NCBI GenBank assembly: GCA_022843855.1 | Contig: JALHMV010000003.1 | Span: 6,560 to 70,559 of the forward strand | From: Patescibacteria group bacterium | GTDB taxonomy: Bacteria; Patescibacteriota; UBA1384; 2-12-FULL-50-11 | Direction of reading: 5' to 3' | Length of the DNA stretch: 64,000 nucleotides | In this document: in pieces, positions 48,301-54,300 of the stretch | Layout: each line of letters opens with the position of its first letter | Numbering within the stretch: the stretch's first letter is position 1 | The notes under the pieces: generated by a model | Seen by the model: only the letters and a program-made list of their open reading frames with translations | The model's database searches: none | Told to the model about the DNA's origin: nothing | Translations under genes and position numbers: made by a program

Positions 48301-51300
48301 TTCGCAGGAGCTGATGACCAGGCTACGGCTGCATATACCGCCGTCCGACACCAACCGCTTCGAGCAGGACGTCTTCGAATCGCTCGACGTTCGCGCGAAC
48401 AAGTTCGACGTCGTCCTGATGAATCCGCCGTACGGAAAGGGCGGCAAGACCGCGATGGAGCACCTCGCGAAAGCGTTCGAGCATTTGCGAACCAATGGCC
48501 GCGTCGTGGCGATACTGCCGGAAGGCCCGGCCGCCGACAAGCGGCTTGAGCAGCTGATGGCGGGGCAGACGGAAAAGGCCCGCAAGCTGATAGTGCGATC
48601 GGATCCGAACACTTTTGCGCCGCTCTCGCTTTACGAGGGCGACACCGTCCAAGTCACCGACAAAGGGACTATCTACGGCGTCACCAGAGCTGAGACCGTC
48701 CGCCGCGGTTTTGAGTTCATCGCAACACTCCACGGCACCGACGCCCAGGGCAGCCCAATGACAATGGAGCTGAGAGGCTCCGACCGGTTCGACAAGGTCA
48801 TTGCAGGTCCGAGGATAGTGCCGGCAAGCACTCGCGTCGTCAAGACCGCCGAGATCTCGCTGCCGACGAAGACCTTCGAACGTGCCGGCACCGGCGTCAA
48901 AACGCGGATGGTCGTGCTCGACAAACTTGCCGGGAAGGAACTTGAACTCCACGAACCGTGGGGGCTGCTCGATCTTTCTGACGTCCGCACGTTCGACGAG
49001 CTGTTCGACGAGTTCGAGGAGCTGACGATCCCGCCACGTCCGTATGGCGGCGAGGCTGCCCGCAGGGCCGAGCAGGAAGCGATCGAACGTGAAGCAAAGT
49101 TCGAGGCCGAGCGGGAAGCCAGGGCACAGCAAAACGCATCGGGGCGGGCCGCAGCGATTCCGCACGGCCAGCACGCGTTCGATCTTCGTGAATTTCAGCA
49201 TACGACGCAGGGTCACATGATCTACGTCGCCAAGCCGACCGGTCCGAAAATGAACAAGGACGAGTTCAAGCGGATCTCGGCCATCGCCCGCACGCACGGC
49301 GGCTATTATTCGAGCTTCAAGAAGGACGGAGCGATCCCCGGCTTCCATTTCCGCAGCCCGGAAGCTCGGGACGCGTTCAATGCCGAAGCAGAAGGTGATT
49401 CGACGATGCTCTCCATCGCCGAACCGGCAGCCGCTCCTGCGTTTTACTCGGCCGCGGAACGAGCGATCGAAACGAAGATGCCGAATCGTGCTCCGGCCGA
49501 TCAGGTGCGGAAGATCCTCGAAGGTCCGGGCATCAAGCGCGAGGAAGTGGAATGGCTCGGCGTCGATGAGTGGCTTGAAGGCAAGCGGACCGTGACGAAG
49601 GACGAGATGCTCGAATTCATGCGAGACGCCCGTATCCAGATCGAGGAAAAGGTGCTTCGCAAGCGTGAACGCGACGAACGCTCGCCGGCCGACCGCAACT
49701 CGACCGACGTCGACGAGCGCCACGAGGCGGCTCGGGAGGAGCTCGCCGAGATGTTCGACCTCGACACGTGGGACATAATACCGGCAACCGTGGAAGCAAC
49801 TCGGCAGCAACTCATAAACGACCTTCTCAACCGCGCCGACCAAGACGACGATCTTGACGAAGCCTTAACAAGCGTGATCGGGGCCAGCAGTGAAGAGTAT
49901 TGGGGCATTGAGGAAGACGACTACGAAGAGTTGGAAGAAGCATGGGACAACCTGCGAATGGCGTCTCGCGAAGCCCGCGGAGCTGACGGTGCGATGGACG
50001 AACAGGACCCGGCTACCGGAGCTCTTCAGTACGACAACCCGGATTGGCGACTCTCAGGACCTCACAGTAACTACCGCGAATTCGTCTTCACCCTGCCGCA
50101 GCAGTATTCGATGTTGCGGATGAAGTATCGCGATGAGCTCGCCGCGAAATACGGAAGCGGAGAAGCGGTGTGGCAAAATTGGACGGAGGCGGAACAGGCC
50201 GAGTTTGACAGGCTTACGGACATCGACCTCGGCAACGACGCGAACAGCCCTGCGTTCACCACCGGCCACTTCGGCGGAATGCCAAACATCCTGTTTTGGG
50301 TGCGGGCGACCGAACGCATCGACGCCGATGGGAAGCGTGTATTCGTGATCGAGGAGATTCAGAGCGATTGGCACCAACGCGGAAGGAAACAGGGCTACAA
50401 CACAAAAATGCCCGAGCCCGTCTTTGAGTGGACCACCACGGAAGGTGTTGCGTCGGGGGAATGGAAAGCTGCGATTTCGTCACCTCACGGCGACATTATT
50501 GGCTACGGCCCAACAAAAGAACGAGCGGCGGAAGCTGCTAAGCAATCGTGGCGTGGCAAGTTTTCCGCAATTCCCGATGCTCCTTTCAAGAAGTCCTGGC
50601 ACGAGCTGGCGTTCAAGAAGATGCTCCGCAGAGCGGTCGAAGAAGGCTACGATCGCGTTGCCTGGACGACCGGTAAGCAGCAGAACAAACGGTGGAGCCT
50701 GTCGAAGGTGGTCGATGAGATCGAGTCGGGCATTGACCATTTCGATTCCAACCATCCGACAAGGCCGGACCAGGAGTATCTCCACATCACCCTGCGGCGA
50801 GACGGCGGCGACCTGTATCTAAAGGTGGACCCCGAGAACGGTGTTGTGATCTCAGCTCCGGACGCTTTGCTAAAGACCGAGGGAGAACACTTGTCAGAAG
50901 TTCTTCCAAAGGCGATCGCCGATAAGATCCTCAGCGAACAGTACGTCCTTATCGAGGACATCGCCGAGGTCGAAATCGGCGGCGAGGGTATGCGCGGCTT
51001 CTACGACAAGATGGTCCCGGGCTTTGTGAGCAAGTACGTGAAGAAGTGGGGGGCGAAGGTTGGCCGGACAGAAATACCTACTATCAACGACGAGCGCAGC
51101 ACGCTCGGTGGGCAGCGCGACCGGAACGAGCTGCGAAAGGTAGCTGATGATTTTCTTACCCGCAACGCCATTGGTATTCGCGAATTGAACGATTTTGTTT
51201 CCACCGGTAGAGATATTTCGGAAGCGGATGCCAGGGCGATGAGTGTTGACGAGCTGACCGCATATCTGCTCGGCACGAAGTATGAGTCGCTTCACTCCGT

Positions 51301-54300
51301 CGACATCACGCCGGCGATGAAGCAATCGGTCATGGACGAAGGGCAGCCGATGTTCTCGATCTACGAACCGGCACGAAAAGAGGTCCGGTTCTACTCCGGG
51401 CTCGAGCGGGCGGTCGAAGGGCTCAAGCAAGAGAAGTTCTCGGTCGATCAGGTAATGAACGTGATCAATAAGCTGCCCGGCATCCGCGCGGAGGAGCTTG
51501 ATCACACCCTGCTGGATGTGTTCGTCCAGCTGCAAGCGGACCTCGGGGCAAGATCCATCACGAAGGACGAGCTGCTCAAGAAGATCCGGGCCAGCAAGAT
51601 CGTCGTCGAACCGCTCGCGCTCGGCTGGGACGGCGATCAGGACTCGGCCAAGTTCCGCGGCTATGCCGAACCGTTCCCGGCTTCGCGTGAGGACTACAAG
51701 GAAATGTTCCTCACCGCTCCGTTCGCAGAGGGCGGCTGGATCGACGGGCATCCCGAGTATGCCGACGTCAAGAACCCGGTCGTCCGCATCCGGATGGACA
51801 AGGTCACGCTCGACGATGGCCGTCGCGCGCTGATGGTCCACGAGGTTCAGGGGCCGGACGAGGACAACATGGCGAAGATGCCCGCGGTCCTGCAGAAGTA
51901 CCACAAGCAGATGGGGCTCAAGTACGCGATGCAGTACGCGATCGACCAAGGGCTTGATGCCGTCGCCTGGACGACCGGCGAACAGCAGCTTGCCCGCTAC
52001 CCGATCGAGAAAACGGTCGACCGGATAGAGTTCAGCAAGAACCTTTCCGGGCAGTCGCTTATCCGCGTAACGGCAAAGGGCGACCGCGATCCGATCAGGA
52101 TCACCGCGGGGCCGCACGGCACCATCATCAATTCGTCGGAGGACAAGTTCGTTGACCGGAAGCTGACCGAGGTGTTTCCGAAGGCTCTCGCCAATCAGAT
52201 ACTCGAACAGACAAGCGGCACCATCGAGGGCGACGGGCTAAAGATCGGCGGCGATTCGCTCCGCAACCTGTACGACAAGGTCATTCCGGCCCACATGAAG
52301 AAGATCTATGGGCGGTATGCGGCAAAGGTCGAAAACGGCGAGATCTCTTACGATCCCTATCTCAAGCTGACCGACTTCCGCGTCGAGGAGCTGGAGCTGG
52401 AGCTGGTCAACCCCGCTCCGCACCTGCATCGCTTCAAGGTCACGGCGACCGATTCGGCGACCGGCCTGCCGGCTTACCGCGGCACCTTCCTGACGCGGGA
52501 GGCGGCGGAACAGTACATCAAGGAAGCCAAAGAGGTATTCCGGCGTAAGACGCATCCGGTCTGGACGATGGGCATTACCGATCCGCTCCGCGAAGCTCTC
52601 GCGACCGATGAGCAGCCGATGTATTCGATCGAGGAAGAAAATCGCAAACAGGCGATCAAGATCCTCAAGACGCTCGATATCGAGGACGTCGTGCCGATGG
52701 TGGAAGCCACTCGCAGCGGTGACCGCGTGAAGCTCAATCTGCCGGCAATGGAACTGCTTCGCCGGGCTTTCGAGCAGGTCGATATCGAGGCAGGGAAGCG
52801 AAAGGTCGGCGACGAAAGCACGTATCCGGCGTTTCTCGGGCTGTTCACCGATGCCGCGAAACTGATCAAGGTCGAACAGGCGTTAATGGCCGCCGCCGTC
52901 AACGCGGCCGAAACGGGGCATCCGGCCGCGGACGCTATGCTGAGCGGCCTTGCCAACGACATCGCTGACGCACGCAAAGCCGGACAGCAGACCGCGGTGT
53001 TCTACGTGTACGATGCCAAGCTGCCGCAGGAGATCTTCCACCAGGCGGTCTATCTCGGTTCGGTCGAGAAGCACCTGACCAAACGCCATGCACGCCCGGC
53101 CGAGCTCGACAAGATGCCGCAGGTCCGGAAAGCGTGGGACAGCTTCTTCTCGCAGCAACCCGAGTACAGCCCCGAGCGGCTTCGCCAAACCGCCAACATG
53201 AGCAAGGCGAACGCTGAGGCTCTGAGCAAAGCTCTCGTTCGCGAGGAGGTCGCTGCGTGGGTCGCCGAGGGAAGCTGGGAAGAGCTCGGCCTGACCAAGG
53301 ACGAGGGGCAGGAATACTTGTTCGAGTTTCTTGAGTCGTTCGCCGACAAGGTCTATGCTGACACGAAGAAAGAGGGCAAGTCCGATGAGGACGCTGAGCG
53401 TGCCGTTGAGGCGGCACTCCGTCGATTTGAGGAGATTGAACATGTCCAAGAAGCAACCCAAAGAGTTCTCGCCGCAGCCCGAAAAGAGGTCGATGCTGGC
53501 ACAGACGGCCGACCTGATGGCCGAGATACGCAAGGAAATGCCAAAGGCAAGCCGAGCGGAGCGTCTGGCGGAGTTCAAGAAGCGCCACGACCTGATGCTG
53601 AGCAAGGAGCAAAGCCCTACGACCTCGAAGGATTCGAGCCCAAAACCCAAAGCAAAGTAGCCGGCGACGCGTCCGAGATCCCGGAAACCAAGCAGTTCCC
53701 CGGCGTCCGCTCCAAAACCGAACTTGCCAGCCTGCCCGGCACCGAGCGTGCGGCCGGCATCGCTGCCGACGATGTGATCTACACGGTGTTCAGCGACCGG
53801 GCAGCTCAGGCCGCGGCAAAGCGGATGCTCACCGAGAACAGCACCGAGGAAGTGCTGAAGATCCTCAAGAACACGGAAAGCCCCGACGTTCATCACGCGA
53901 TCGCCGCGTTCTCCATCCAGCAGTCGCTCCGTGAAGAAGCAACCCGCATCGAGGCGACGAAACCGGACGAGGCTGCCAAGCTTCGCCGCGTGTCAATCGA
54001 CCTCGGCGTCCATCTGGCAATGAAGATGGTCCGTGCCGGCCGCTTCATCCGGGCGGCAGGCGTGATCCTCAAGACAACGGACGGACTGATCGCCGTCGCC
54101 CAAAAGACGTACCAGGACCGCCACGGCGTCGGGAACGATCTGCCGGCCGACATCATTCGCCGGATCGAGGAAAAGGCCGGGAAGGCAGAAGTTGACCTCG
54201 CTGAGCATGAGGCTTTCCGTCGTCAAATGGAATCGCTGCAGCGACAGCTCGACGCGCTCAAGCAAGAGCTTGCCGGGTCCGAGGACGCCATCCGGACCTC

